In this document: piece after piece, positions 28,990 through 42,426 of the stretch | How positions within the stretch are numbered: the stretch's first letter is position 1 | How the letters are laid out: every line of letters begins with the position of its first letter | DNA from: Octopus vulgaris | Lineage: Eukaryota | Assembly: GCA_951406725.2 (NCBI GenBank) | Contig: OX597824.1 | Coordinates: 16,988,001-17,052,000 of the forward strand | Length of the DNA stretch: 64,000 nt | Direction of reading: 5' to 3' | Made by a program: the position numbers and the translations under genes | The notes under the pieces: generated by a model | The model's database searches: none | What the model was told of the DNA's origin: nothing | The model's input: only the letters and a program-made list of their open reading frames with translations

Positions 28990-29650
28990 TATGAAGTTAC
29001 CTTGGGTTTCTCGCCCATAAGTGGTTTAGCCTTACGGCGTATCTTCAGACCACAAACACTGCTGGCATGATAGATCTTCAAAATATGGAGGAAGGAAATG
29101 CCACGCTATAAAACGTAAACATTAGGCAATTATCTTCCATTGCCATTGGCCCTCGATCTTCAGCTGCGCCACCATTTTGCGGTCACCAAAGAACCAAGAA
29201 GGTAAACGATTGTCTCCCCTCGTCCATGTCTATGGGCTTCCGGCTGTAGCGTCGCCTTGCGGATTCCAAAAAGCCAGCAGGAATCTTCTAAAATGCAAGT
29301 ATAGCCCCCAAATCTCCATCCTGGAGTTTTGTATGCTCCCTGGAACAAGCGAGACCTTTAGCATTCTCATGTGTTAGGCAATGCAAAACTTTGCAACGTT
29401 TCGTCCCGGTGATGTGGGGGCCTTGTTCCTCGAGTATTTTCCATGCGATCGAGTATGGTATCCTTTCGTCTCTTAGGTACTACATAAGGCTGGCCTGCGA
29501 TATCACTTATCTCCTTTCCGGGACTCTGAAGGTGGATAAATGATTGGAAAGACATTATTTGGGAAAATTCCCAGTGAATCCCATATATATCTGTGGGTGC
29601 GTGATGTCGGAATGACCCTTGCTGTTGTATGTGCTGCTGTTGTTTGTGCT
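28990..29650 (-). mobile_element. 3' part of a Penelope-like element: GIY-YIG endonuclease pseudogene plus degenerate hammerhead
   Basis: A single minus frame over ~29600-29385 reads QIYMGFTGNFPK*CLSNHLSTFRVPERR*VISQASLM*YLRDERIPYSIAWKILEEQGPHITGTKRCK. Downstream is CTGAAGA-TAC-GCC(GTAA)GGC-TAAAC at 29048-29024. Flanked by (TA)n. Confidence 0.8.
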
Positions 29651-29651
29651 G

Positions 29652-29700
<49 letters not shown>

Positions 29701-29794
29701 GACAGTGTTAACTTGTTCTCTTTTCCATTTTTCTCGTGTTTACGTGTTTGATGTTATTTGCACCATTATGACATCCAGTACCCATATATGCATG

Positions 29795-29838
<44 letters not shown>

Positions 29839-29937
29839 TTATTGTTGAATCGAACGAGACGTATCAATTTCCAAATATGTATATATGTATACATACATAC
29901 ACGCACACACACACATACACACACACACACACATACA

Positions 29938-29990
<53 letters not shown>

Positions 29991-30244
29991 CACATGTAAG
30001 GAGTCCTGTCATGTGTCTACTCTCTGCGTATAAAACTATTTAATACACTATTCTATTTTTTAAAAACATTTTGTGTCTTACGACTTTTATTTATGCATGC
30101 TAAGCTACGTGGACGTAAGCTCACCAACCAAGAGACACACACTCACAAACATATATATATATATAAATATTGCCGAAATGCTATGGTTGTCATGCGATGG
30201 TGTGAGACAAACACAGATACGGAGACACAGACACACACACATAT

Positions 30245-30416
30245 AGGCGCAGGAGTGACTGTGTGATAAGTAACTTGCTTACCAACCACATGGTTCCGGG
30301 TTCAGCCCCACAGCATGGCACCTTGGGCAAGTGTCTTCTACTATAGCCTCGGGCCAATAAAAGCCTTGTGAGTGGATTTGGTAGACGGAAACTGAAAGAA
30401 GCCCGTCGTATATATG

Positions 30417-30447
<31 letters not shown>

Positions 30448-30670
30448 ATGTTTGTGTGGCTGTGTTTGTCCCCCTAGCATTGCTTGACAACCGACGCTGC
30501 TGTGTTTATATTCCCTGTTACTTAGCGGTTCGGCAAAATAGACCGATAGAATAAGTACTGGGCTTACAAAGAATAAGTCCTGGGTTCGTTTTGCTCGACT
30601 AATGGCGCTGCTCAAGCATGGCCGCAGTCAAATGACTGAAACAAGTAAAAGAGAGAGAGTAAAGAAAGAG
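30245..30670 (+). mobile_element. SINE family A, full length
   Basis: Complete head AGGCGCAGGAGTGACTGTGTG through to the tail. Confidence 0.93.
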
Positions 30671-31172
30671 TATATACGTGAGCTTTCAGTTTACGTCTAC
30701 CAAATCCTCGCACGCGGCTTCAGTTGTCCCGTGGCAATCATAGAAGACATTTTCCCGGAATTACGTGTTTGGGAAGCGAACATCTTACCTCACAGCCACG
30801 CCAGCGCTCAATATTTTCTTTCGTTTAATTGTCAAATTATAAAATATAACCTCAACAACATTCTGATATTCTTATATGTGGAAATTCTCTTTCAATGAAA
30901 TTACAAAGTTTAAACGCCATATGAATAGGTCGACACCTCCCTCAGTAATCGTAATCCACTTCAATGAAGTCAACAGTCACATCCAAACTTTGAGCGGATA
31001 ACATATCCACAACTGGTTGTAATCATTTCATTAAAACCTACTCATTCAAGGATTAAAGGACCAATATTCCCAGTCAGAGACGTCCAATATATAAAAAGGA
31101 AACGAAGGAACATTATTTTGGATCCCACGCCCGTTCCCGCTAAATTTTCTCTCTACTACATTCAGTGCCTTC

Positions 31173-31173
<1 letters not shown>

Positions 31174-31205
<32 letters not shown>

Positions 31206-31592
31206 GTTTCAGTCATTTGACTGCGGCCATGCTGGAGCACCGCCTTTAGTCGAGCAAATCGACCCCGGGACTTATTCTTTGTAAGCCCAGTACTTATTCT
31301 ATCGGTCTGTTTTGTCGAACCGCTAAGTGACGGGGACGTAAACACACCAGTATCGGTTGTCAAGCAATGCTAGGGGGACAAACACAGACACACAAACACA
31401 CACACACATATATATATATATACATATATACGACAGGCTTCTTTCAGTTTCCGTCTACCAAATCTACTCACAAGGCATTGGTCGGCCCGGGGCTATAGCA
31501 GAAGACATTTGCCCAAGATGCCACGCAGTGGGATTGAACCCGGAACCATGTAGTTGGTTAGCAAGATACTTACCAGACAGCCACTCCTGCGC
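31174..31592 (-). mobile_element. SINE family A, full length with ~28-nt poly(A) tail
   Basis: Reverse complement of family A; poly(T) at 31174-31201 on the + strand. Confidence 0.93.
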
Positions 31593-32261
31593 TTCATGTT
31601 AATAAAAAAAAAAAAAATTCGCTTCTAACAATAGATATGTGATATTATTTCAAAAGTACACGTCAACGCATATATTTAGCTGTACAGCAAATACGAAACA
31701 GAATATGTCTCAGAGGCTCATCCGAACAACTGAGCCTAGGATGCTCATGCAGGGAAAAATTAAAACAAAAAAACATAGTCACTGCATATATTACGAAATG
31801 CGGAGGCACTCATATATGAAGCAATGGTGAAGTCTACAGACACCAGTCATTGTGTTAACATGAATTGTTGGAAGCGTATTTTGGGTCAGCTTAAATAATG
31901 ATTTTATAACTTCACTTCTTCCTTCAGAAACAATTGAGAGGCGAAATTCAAATATATTTTTAAATCAGAGAAGAATTTTTCACCGGAAAATATGCCGTAA
32001 AACGTGGGTGAATGGAAGAATAAAATATGGATTATGCACTTTCCAAAAGAAAATGGTTCTCAACACTGCATCATATTCATTCCTCTATCAGAATCCCAAA
32101 TTAAAGTCATCAAACTGCCAATTTATTCGACATTTATAAGTATAGCAATATATTATAATATAATATAATATTCTATATTCGTGTTATATTGTTCATGATA
32201 TAAGCTTTGTATGTATGTATTTATGTATGTATTGCTATACTTGAGGATGGTGATGTACACA

Positions 32262-32315
<54 letters not shown>

Positions 32316-32320
<5 letters not shown>

Positions 32321-32415
32321 TTATAGAAGGAGCTTCTACAGGACTAGAACTGTTTCATTCAAAAGAAATCATCCGAAACAGTTCTAGTCCTGTAGAAGCT
32401 CCTTCTATAAAATAA
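32316..32415. repeat. Perfect 41-bp inverted repeat containing a partial hammerhead core (PLE pLTR-like)
   Basis: Arms 32316-32356 and 32375-32415. The minus strand reads GATGA-TTTCTTTTGAAT-GAAAC-AGTTCTA-GTC. The block 32316-32483 lies between (TA)n tracts. Confidence 0.8.
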
Positions 32416-32482
32416 ATTAATTTACTCTGCTATGTATTGAGTACCTTATTTACTGTGGTTAATCCCGACTCAACCCGGGACC

Positions 32483-32537
<55 letters not shown>

Positions 32538-32600
32538 GTGCTTGTCGTTAATACACCTGTCTTCGTCCTTTATTTTTTCTGTAAATTTAAACTATATATA

Positions 32601-32845
32601 CAACCCTGCTGTACTCTTTCACCACAACTTCCTCTCACTCTTTCTTCCTGTTTCTGTTGTACCTGTATTTCAGGTACAACTGAAATTTTCTGTTGTATCT
32701 GTGTCACGCTGAATCTCCCCGAGAACTACGTTAAGAGCAAACGTGTCTGTGTAGTGCTCAGTCATTTGCACGTTAATTTGATGAGCAGGGTGTTCCGTTG
32801 GTCCGATCAACTGGAACCTTCGACGGCGTAACCGACGGAGTGCCT
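32601..32845 (+). mobile_element. SINE family C, 5' truncated
   Basis: Matches the 3' two-thirds of 17424-17802. Confidence 0.88.
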
Positions 32846-33744
32846 CGAACTCTCTTTAAAAGCCCTCTTCATTAAGGTACAAGTAGAAGTAAAAAATCAT
32901 TGACAGCAATAATTAAACAAAAGCATTATTGAAGAGACGACACAAGATGCGAACATTGATTCATTGAAATCGTTGAATCACACCAACAACTTTGCAAATA
33001 ACTCTATCTTCCCATTTACAACTTCATTGCACCGTAAACTAATAATCAAAGACTGTCGTTTATAGAAACGTTTTATTTATATTTGTTAGTTAAGAATTGC
33101 TTAAATTTCGAAAAGCACAACACAAATTAATATAAACACATATTAGATATGGAATACGAGAACGATATAACAACACATTAAGGCAACATTTTTATCTTCG
33201 TCTTAGTTAAAACCTCTTCAAATAATGTGTGCAACACTGTGTTTACTCAAACTAACTGGAAATGAATATTTTCTATAATAACTTCAACAAATTAACTTTG
33301 TCCAATTTTCTGAAATTTAATTTTTATCAAGTAATTATTAAATTTCCACACGATTATTTCAATTTCGCAATCAGTCATTAAAAATTTGTACATTTAATTA
33401 TTTGTATATTTTAGCTTGTGTTTATTTTAAATTAAATGATGAAAATTTCATTAAATGAGAAACATTTTGTGAAGAAATGAAATGTTTTATACTTTTTATT
33501 ATTAAAAAAATAGTTTTTATTTCATGTCAAATCATAATTTTCTTCATCTACATCTTCAGTTTTATCAGCTTCTGTTTTGCTTTCGATTCCAGGTATGGTT
33601 TCATGTGTGTTTGTCTTCTTTTGCTCGCACATTCTCTCCCCAGAGTCCTATTTTCTGTGACATCAATACAGCATAGACCACCATGGTGAGTTCGAATCCA
33701 CATAGCACTTATTTCTCGTTAGTTGTATGGATGCAGGAAAGAAT

Positions 33745-34119
33745 GATTTCAAATTTTGGCACAAGAGGAAGGCAGTAAGTCGATCCCTGAAAGGATGAAA
33801 GGCAAGGTAGACCTTTGCGGAATTTGAACACAAAACGTATAGACGGACGAAATGCCACTAAGCACTTTCTCCGGTTTGCAAACGATTCTTATTTCTTTAC
33901 TGTCCACAAGGGGCTACACAGAGGGGACAAACAAGGACAGACAAACGGATTAAGTCGATTATATCGACCCCAGTGCGTAAATGGTACTTATTTATCGACC
34001 CTGAAAGGATGAAAGGCAAAGTCGACCTCGGCGGAATTTGAACTCAGAACGTAACTGCAGACGAAATACAGTTAAGCATTTCGCCCGGCGTGTTAACGAT
34101 TCTGCCAGCTCACCGCCTT
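33745..34119 (-). mobile_element. SINE family B: younger copy (33890-34119) fused to an older copy (33745-33889)
   Basis: Reverse complement of the family B consensus; the tail joins AGAATCGTT of the older head. Confidence 0.9.
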
Positions 34120-34614
34120 AGGATGCAGGCACTATTAACTCATTTCCTCTCCAGAGCAAATTCTATTTCACTAACCGATCTTCATCTATCATTACCATCA
34201 TCATCGTTCTAATCAGCGTCCACTTCGTTTTCGTCGTGTTTGCCGTCATCAACATCCTCACCGTCATCAACATAAAGATCATCTTCATCGTCACGATCCT
34301 CTGAATTGCTGTCATCTTCTCGTCTTGTCGAATCTCACCATCGACATTTCGTTAACGACCAAGTCAAAGATGACAGCGATAAATACCCTGGTCTATGTCA
34401 TCGTCATCCTTATCAATATCATAATGATTAGAAAGAAGATTATCATGAACAGCATTGCTATTGTCATCAACGTGAATATTATCTTGGCCGCCATCATAGT
34501 TCCCACCATCATTAACATAATATCCTTACCAAGACTACCACAAACAATATGACGATAAAGACGACGATTACGACGACGACCCCACCACCACCACCACCAC
34601 CTATGCGTCGACCA

Positions 34615-34788
34615 CTTTCACAACCTATGCGTGGATACATCTCAACCGACCACAACTCCCTAATTAAATGGACCAACTGGCTAACGGTCAAAACTTGACA
34701 TAAAAATTGACTTAAATTATATTGTATGTGGTGCTATTGAGTTAGACATGTCTGAGCCAATTGTTTTGGATGAAACATATCTAAGTTT
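34615..34788 (+). mobile_element. 3' end of a decayed LINE, same family as 2468-2720
   Basis: GYISTDHNSLIKW-like C-terminus, then GTGGTGCTATTGAGTTAGACATG...GAAACATATCTAAGTTT. Confidence 0.6.
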
Positions 34789-34791
34789 GAA

Positions 34792-35011
34792 CCCTTTCGT
34801 TACCAACCCGGCTGAAACCGGCTCTGACTCTGAGTACAAATATCTTGTTTTCATAAGTTTATAATTAAAATCTTCCATCAAACCTTAGTCACAATTTATG
34901 TTCCTAACACTAGCTGAATGATAACTAAGTTATTTTACTAAATTCTTTGTTATATTTAAAGTAAATGAAAGAGACACAGAGCATCTCAAAATAAATACAG
35001 TAACGAAAGGG
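34792..35011. mobile_element. piggyBac-like MITE
   Basis: 12-bp perfect TIR CCCTTTCGTTAC / GTAACGAAAGGG with CCC...GGG termini. The TTAA target is degenerate (TGAA on the left, AGCGTTAA on the right). Confidence 0.7.
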
Positions 35012-35502
35012 AGCGTTAAAGCGAATGGCTGAGCTACAGCATGCAGCCGAAAATGTATCTTAAAATCGGTGGGAGAACTGTTATTTTCGTGATACTTCAT
35101 GCTGGAATGTCGTTGATCATAGGTAGTCAGTCTATTCTGTCGGAGTTGGCAGGGACTAACAGCAACATTAGCAATAACAAGATCAACAATGAATACAGTG
35201 CTGCGATGACAACTTCAAAAATAACAAAGGAAAGAAGCGAGATTTCTTTCACTAATAAACTATACGCAAATGAGAAGGCATGAAGATTTGGAGAAAGAAA
35301 TAAAATGAATTCATCTGATATAAGTAATAACTTGAATGCGTTACTCTAATATGAGCTTAAACAGGCATGCTAGCTGAAATGTATACGTATGTGTGAACGT
35401 GTGTGTGCATGCGTGTGTATATGTGTGTGTATAAGAATATATATAAGTATATAAATATATACACATACAGATATATATGTACATATATATACTTACATAT
35501 AC

Positions 35503-35551
<49 letters not shown>

Positions 35552-36244
35552 TGTATGTATGTATCAATATCAATATATACATATAGAAATATGAATATAG
35601 ATATATACTTACATATGCGTGTGTGGAGAGAGAGAGAGAGAGAGAGAGGAAAAGTGAGAAAAGAGAGAGAAGGAGAGGTATTTCATTGCGTACGTATGTA
35701 TGGTTGCCGTTGTATTATGTATGTAAGCAATTTCTAATTGATATGTATAAGTTTGTAACTATGTGAGCATATAACAGATAAATACACCCATATAAACATC
35801 TACTATTATATCATACGGCATTTATTCCCTCACTAGTAATGCGTTATTTATCTTCTCTTTCCATTTTAAGACCGTTGCTAAGTAACACACCTTTAGAAAA
35901 ATCTAGAATAATTTAACAAAAAAAAAAAAATAATGTAAAAATGTAGAAATATATATATAAAGAGATGCATTGCAAAACAAATCAAAGAATAAACAAGAAA
36001 ATAACAAGCGAGTAGTTATTATAGTATACTCACTGAGTTTTCATATATATTTTGCATAAGGAGTTAGAAATGACAGAAAAAAAAAAAAAACTTTCCCCAA
36101 AAAAAAAAACAAACAAAAGATACAAGAAGTTAAGTTAAAGAATGTCACTGCTGAGTTTGAAAATCTATACAAAAGCTTTCGTGTTGGCAAACTTCAATTT
36201 TAACGTTAAAAAAATCGAAAAGAGAAAATTAAAATATAAATCTA

Positions 36245-37300
<1,056 letters not shown>

Positions 37301-38039
37301 GTATACTTAAGGAAGTTTTATATTGGATCGTAGCACATCATCAGGTTTATTGCTACTTATCGATAACAGTATGTCCAATTCATAATTTAAACCTAGCAAA
37401 AATGTGTTTTCCTTCGTTTTGATAATGTGTTAATAATACAAGCATTGTATCTAGTTTAAAAAAATGATAAGATAAGTTGAGGTACCCGTCCAAAATCTTA
37501 GTACTCCTATTGTGCTCGTTCCCGAAATTTCAAGAACCAAATTTATATGCTACAGCAATATTTCGAGATGGATTATGCTGCCTTGTCCTTAACTTGAAAA
37601 CCACATATATCGGTGTATATACATAAATATACTTATGTAATTTGATGTATGTTATTGAGCAGGAGCACTTAATCTTTCTCGTTTCCCAAGATTTTGAACT
37701 TGGGTGAAACGGAATGAGAAGGTTCGTTATATATAAATTTAAGGAGGACAATGGCAAGTTGAGGAAACATTAGCTAAATTTACCGCTTAACCAGTATAAT
37801 AATATCCACATCAATGGGTGTCTATGATTAGGAAAACACACTGTGAAAAAATTTCGTATGATAAATAGCACGCCATATTTTATGCAGGATATATCAACTA
37901 TACAAAAAAATATTTTATTTTCTCCAGTATAAAGATAGATGATTTCAGTTACGGCCATACTACTACAAAACACACATATGCTGACTTTTGAAGTCCTTTA
38001 TAGTTTTAAGCTATATTCCACGGTTATGTGATGATTACA

Positions 38040-38360
38040 TATTTGCATTCTATGCCCAAAGAACGCTTGCATATTTAACAGTAGCATAATAAGGAAGAAA
38101 CCTTGTTAGCGGTCTCTGTTCTTTGGTGGCCTTGGTTAACTCGATGTTATAGCCATAATTGCAATGAAGTGTCAGTTTCGGATCTCTGTGATTGATGGCT
38201 TAGAAAAGTATATGAAAAACAAAAACAACCAACTAATACTGCAGCTACATTCAACCAAAATTATAAGCAGCACCACGGTGATAATGTCAAGTAAATCTTT
38301 ATTCAAACTAGGATTTAGAAACATAGGATCTGAATTGACTGAAGGATATTTTTAAGGAAA
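38040..38360 (+). pseudogene. Possible highly decayed non-LTR retrotransposon fragment (post-RT region, R4/Dong-like)
   Basis: PKERLHI ... FGGLG*LDV...IDGLEKYMKNKNNQLILQL resembles the RLYLPRxxGGxGL...IGLxxYL pattern; weak. Confidence 0.3.
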
Positions 38361-39272
38361 TAACTTCTGTATGTTAGCAACAAAACAGCTTAAAATTTAT
38401 TTGAATTTAAATAAAAGTTTAAACAAAAAATGTAACATAAACAGCTCTGCGAATTACAAGAAACATTGATAAATGTCACTATTATTTTTCCCTTAACATA
38501 ATTCAGTCCTGTTTTTTTTTATATTTTCTATCAGATAAGACTGTCAGGTGCCAGTTTTTCTTTGTTTATCTTCTACAAGATACTGTAAATCATACACCTT
38601 TTTCGCTTAAAGATATGTCAATCGAATTGAGAAGGTGAGTAAAATTTTAATCCATTTTTACTGATTACATTCAAAACAGTATTAAAAAAAAAAATTAAAT
38701 TAAACATATATAAGTAGAATAGAACATACATAATATACATTGGTTTCTCTGCTCTTCCCATACAAGATAAAAATACAATGGCTAGTCTATATCTCAGAAT
38801 TTTTGCAGCAATCTTACAAGTAGAATGGATGTCAGAAAGATTCTTCTCTCAGTAAACTTTAAATAGACATATATTTCCATTCTTAGGTAGGTTTCGTTTT
38901 ATATTTATTATAGTTTTTTTTATATTTTCCTTGATATATTTCTAAATAGACTTTATATAATAACTACAAATTTTTATACACATATACATTAGCTCGCAAG
39001 CACAGAGACACTTGCATGCATATACATATACTGAAAATGTGTCGTAGATGCTTTAAAATGAATATTTTTGTAAAATCTCAACATTTCCTCTTAATAGTTG
39101 TTGAACAATGATGACTACCTGCTTAGATAATGAAGAATAGAATATAGTTTTGAAACCAAAGAAGCATCTGGTAATATACATTTTTGTGACTAAGGGAAGA
39201 TGTATATGTAATTGAATATACATATTTCTGTGTATGTGTGAGTGATAATCAGATGCGTGCATACGTACACAC

Positions 39273-39325
<53 letters not shown>

Positions 39326-39354
39326 GGCATACACATGCACACACACATATATGT

Positions 39355-39405
39355 ATATATATATGCGAATATATACGTGAATGTGGACGCACACACACAT
39401 GTATA

Positions 39406-39468
<63 letters not shown>

Positions 39469-39580
39469 ATATATGCGAATATATACGTGTTTGTGGACAC
39501 ACACACATATGTATGTATATATATATATATATATGCGAATATATACGTGTATGTGGACACACACGCAAATGTATGTATAT
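39355..39580. repeat. Microsatellite-derived minisatellite, 3 units
   Basis: ATATGCGAATATATACGTG..TGTGGAC.CACAC at 39361, 39471 and 39531. Confidence 0.85.
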
Positions 39581-40670
39581 ATATATATGTTTGTGTGTGT
39601 ATGTATGAATATATATGTATATATAAATGTTCGATTACAGATGTGAAAGTTAAAGACTGTGCAAACGTGCAAATATGCAGCGTTTGGTGACCGGGAGTTC
39701 GTGCCCTGTCTGTTGCACTTACCCAAACGCTGCTCTATCTATATTTACATTTATCGTCGCAATATCCCTAAACTATGAACTGTCTGCTGTAATATTAATA
39801 AGATTCATCTTGAAATATACAGACACGCAAAATTGGCATGCTGCTCATATTTCCTTGCGAACATTAATCTACAAGGCTTCAAACACCGCATATTCCACAA
39901 TATGATAAGCATAAAATTTATGTCCCCTAATAGAAAACAACTTTATAAGAATATGGTTACAAACTAACAAATTATCTCTTCAGACTGCCACAAAATCTGG
40001 AAAAAAAAAAAATTATTATCCAACACAAGCATAGAGCGAATACATTGTTTCATTGTGGTGAATGATTTATATAACAATTTGAAGTTAAAAGATAAAACGT
40101 AAAGATGAATATTCCATTGTGAACATTTAATATTATATTGTAGATATCGACGGCTATGTAAAACAACAAAGAAAGAAAGAAAAAAAAAGCAACCAAATCA
40201 AAGCAAAACAAATTTAAAAGTAAGAAATAAATTGAAACAAACATTATAAAATATACAGATGAAAGAAAATGGCTTAGAAAATCGAATGCTATCTGAAATA
40301 ATACATGTATGAGCTGAACTATTATAACACTGTTCTATATCTATGTAATCTTAAAACTAATTTTAAACTAGGTCTCTCATATATAATGTGCATCGTAATT
40401 CTTATCTATGGTGTGTATTTAATTTTATGAACGTTGAGCATTTATCTTCTCTAATTTTGTTGATTACATTTCTTAAGCGAACGTCTATGGGATTTATATT
40501 TCGCTAAAATTCTCCAACAGGTGATATAATAAATTACATTAATAATTTGAATTCCTCCTTTTCTACCTTTCTCTTGCTATCTTTCTAACTCCTTTTCTTT
40601 CTCTCTCTCTCTCTTTGTCCGTATTTCTCTCTTTAGATTTCTCACATTCTGTCTCTCTATCCCTGCAGCG

Positions 40671-40980
<310 letters not shown>

Positions 40981-41268
40981 AGTGAGAGATAGAAAGATAG
41001 ATAGACAGATATACAGACAAGTACATATATAGATAGATACACGTACAGAGATATGAATATATATATATATATAACTATTGATTAACAGACATTATATATG
41101 TACGTGCATTTCTGTCACTAAAAAAGTTAATCAATAAATCATATCCCTTTCTCTCTCCTTGTCTATCTGCCTGCCTGTCTGTCAGTCTGTCAGTTTGTCT
41201 GTCTGTCTATTTGTTTCTCTGTGTCCCTTTCTGTACATATATATATATATCTCAATTAAACTCCTAAT

Positions 41269-41316
<48 letters not shown>

Positions 41317-41320
<4 letters not shown>

Positions 41321-41477
41321 CCACTACACATATTTTTTCTCTCCTTGTTTTTTCTGTGTCCCTTTCTGTAGAAGAGCGTAGGCTCGAAGCGTAAAATACT
41401 TTTTCTATTCCTGAGCGTTACACTAATATATCTTTTTGTTTTGTACACCACCTGTCTTCGTCTTTTGTTTTTTTCGT

Positions 41478-41482
<5 letters not shown>
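41317..41482 (+). mobile_element. PLE pLTR-like fragment with degenerate hammerhead-like motif
   Basis: CTGTAGAA-GAGC(GTAG)GCTC-GAAGCGT at 41366-41392, between microsatellites; a related piece CACCTGTCTTCGTC occurs at ~32554. Confidence 0.4.
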
Positions 41483-41558
<76 letters not shown>

Positions 41559-41998
41559 GTAAATGTTCATATGCCTATCAAACTATGCGTATGGGTTAAT
41601 AAACCTTTGATTTACTCTTCAAATATCTTGTTTCTCCTCCTTAAAGTTGATTTTGTTTCCTCTCCGTCTCTTACTGAGCCACATTTCTTCCCCAAGAGTC
41701 TTTTGATATTTCATTTATGCTATGAATGAAGCTTATGTAGGAGCGTAAAACATTGAAGTACAACACTTGCATATCTATCGCGGTATTCTTTTCGAAACAT
41801 CTCTGAAATGTCTTTCGTATGACAAACTTTATTCCACTGTTAAAACTTCATTTTCCAAATAAAAGTGTTACTATTATTTTCCATTATTCACTGGTGTCAT
41901 ATTTAAATTTAATGATTCTTCTCTCGCAATGTTTAAACATTATATATCTGATAGTTTCCGTTCATCATTTTCGTTTTAATATTAAAAACAAAATATAT

Positions 41999-42350
41999 AG
42001 GGCGGCGAGCTGTTAGAATCGTTACCGCGCCGGTCCAAATGCTTAGCGGTATTTCGTCTTTACGTTCCGGAGGGCGGCGAGCTGGCAGAAACGTTAGAAC
42101 GCCGGGCGAAATGCTTAGCGGTATTTCGTCTGCGGCTACGTTCTGAGTTCAAATTCCGCCGAGGTCGACTTTGCCTTTCATCCTTTCGGGGTCGATTAAA
42201 TAAGTACCAGTTACGCACTGGGGTCGATATAATCGACTTAATCCGTTTGTTTGTTCTTGTTTGTCCCCTCTGTGTTTAGCCCCTTGTGGGTAGTAAAGAA
42301 ATAGGTATTTCGTCTTTACGTTCCGAGCTAAATTTCTGCCGAGGAAAGCT
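41999..42350 (+). mobile_element. Full-length SINE family B (42070-42303) inserted into an older family B copy
   Basis: 22-bp direct repeat GGTATTTCGTCTTTACGTTCCG at 42048-42069 and 42304-42325. Confidence 0.93.
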
Positions 42351-42426
42351 GAAAGCTGATTATATCCCAGTGAGAGCAATTTCATCACTTCTATATTTTG
42401 AGGTTTCACAGGCGTATTTGGATATA

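Noticed and set aside
35041-35283. 80-aa ATG-initiated ORF with a hydrophobic N-terminus
   Set aside because: No recognisable domain or splice support; the length is within chance expectation.
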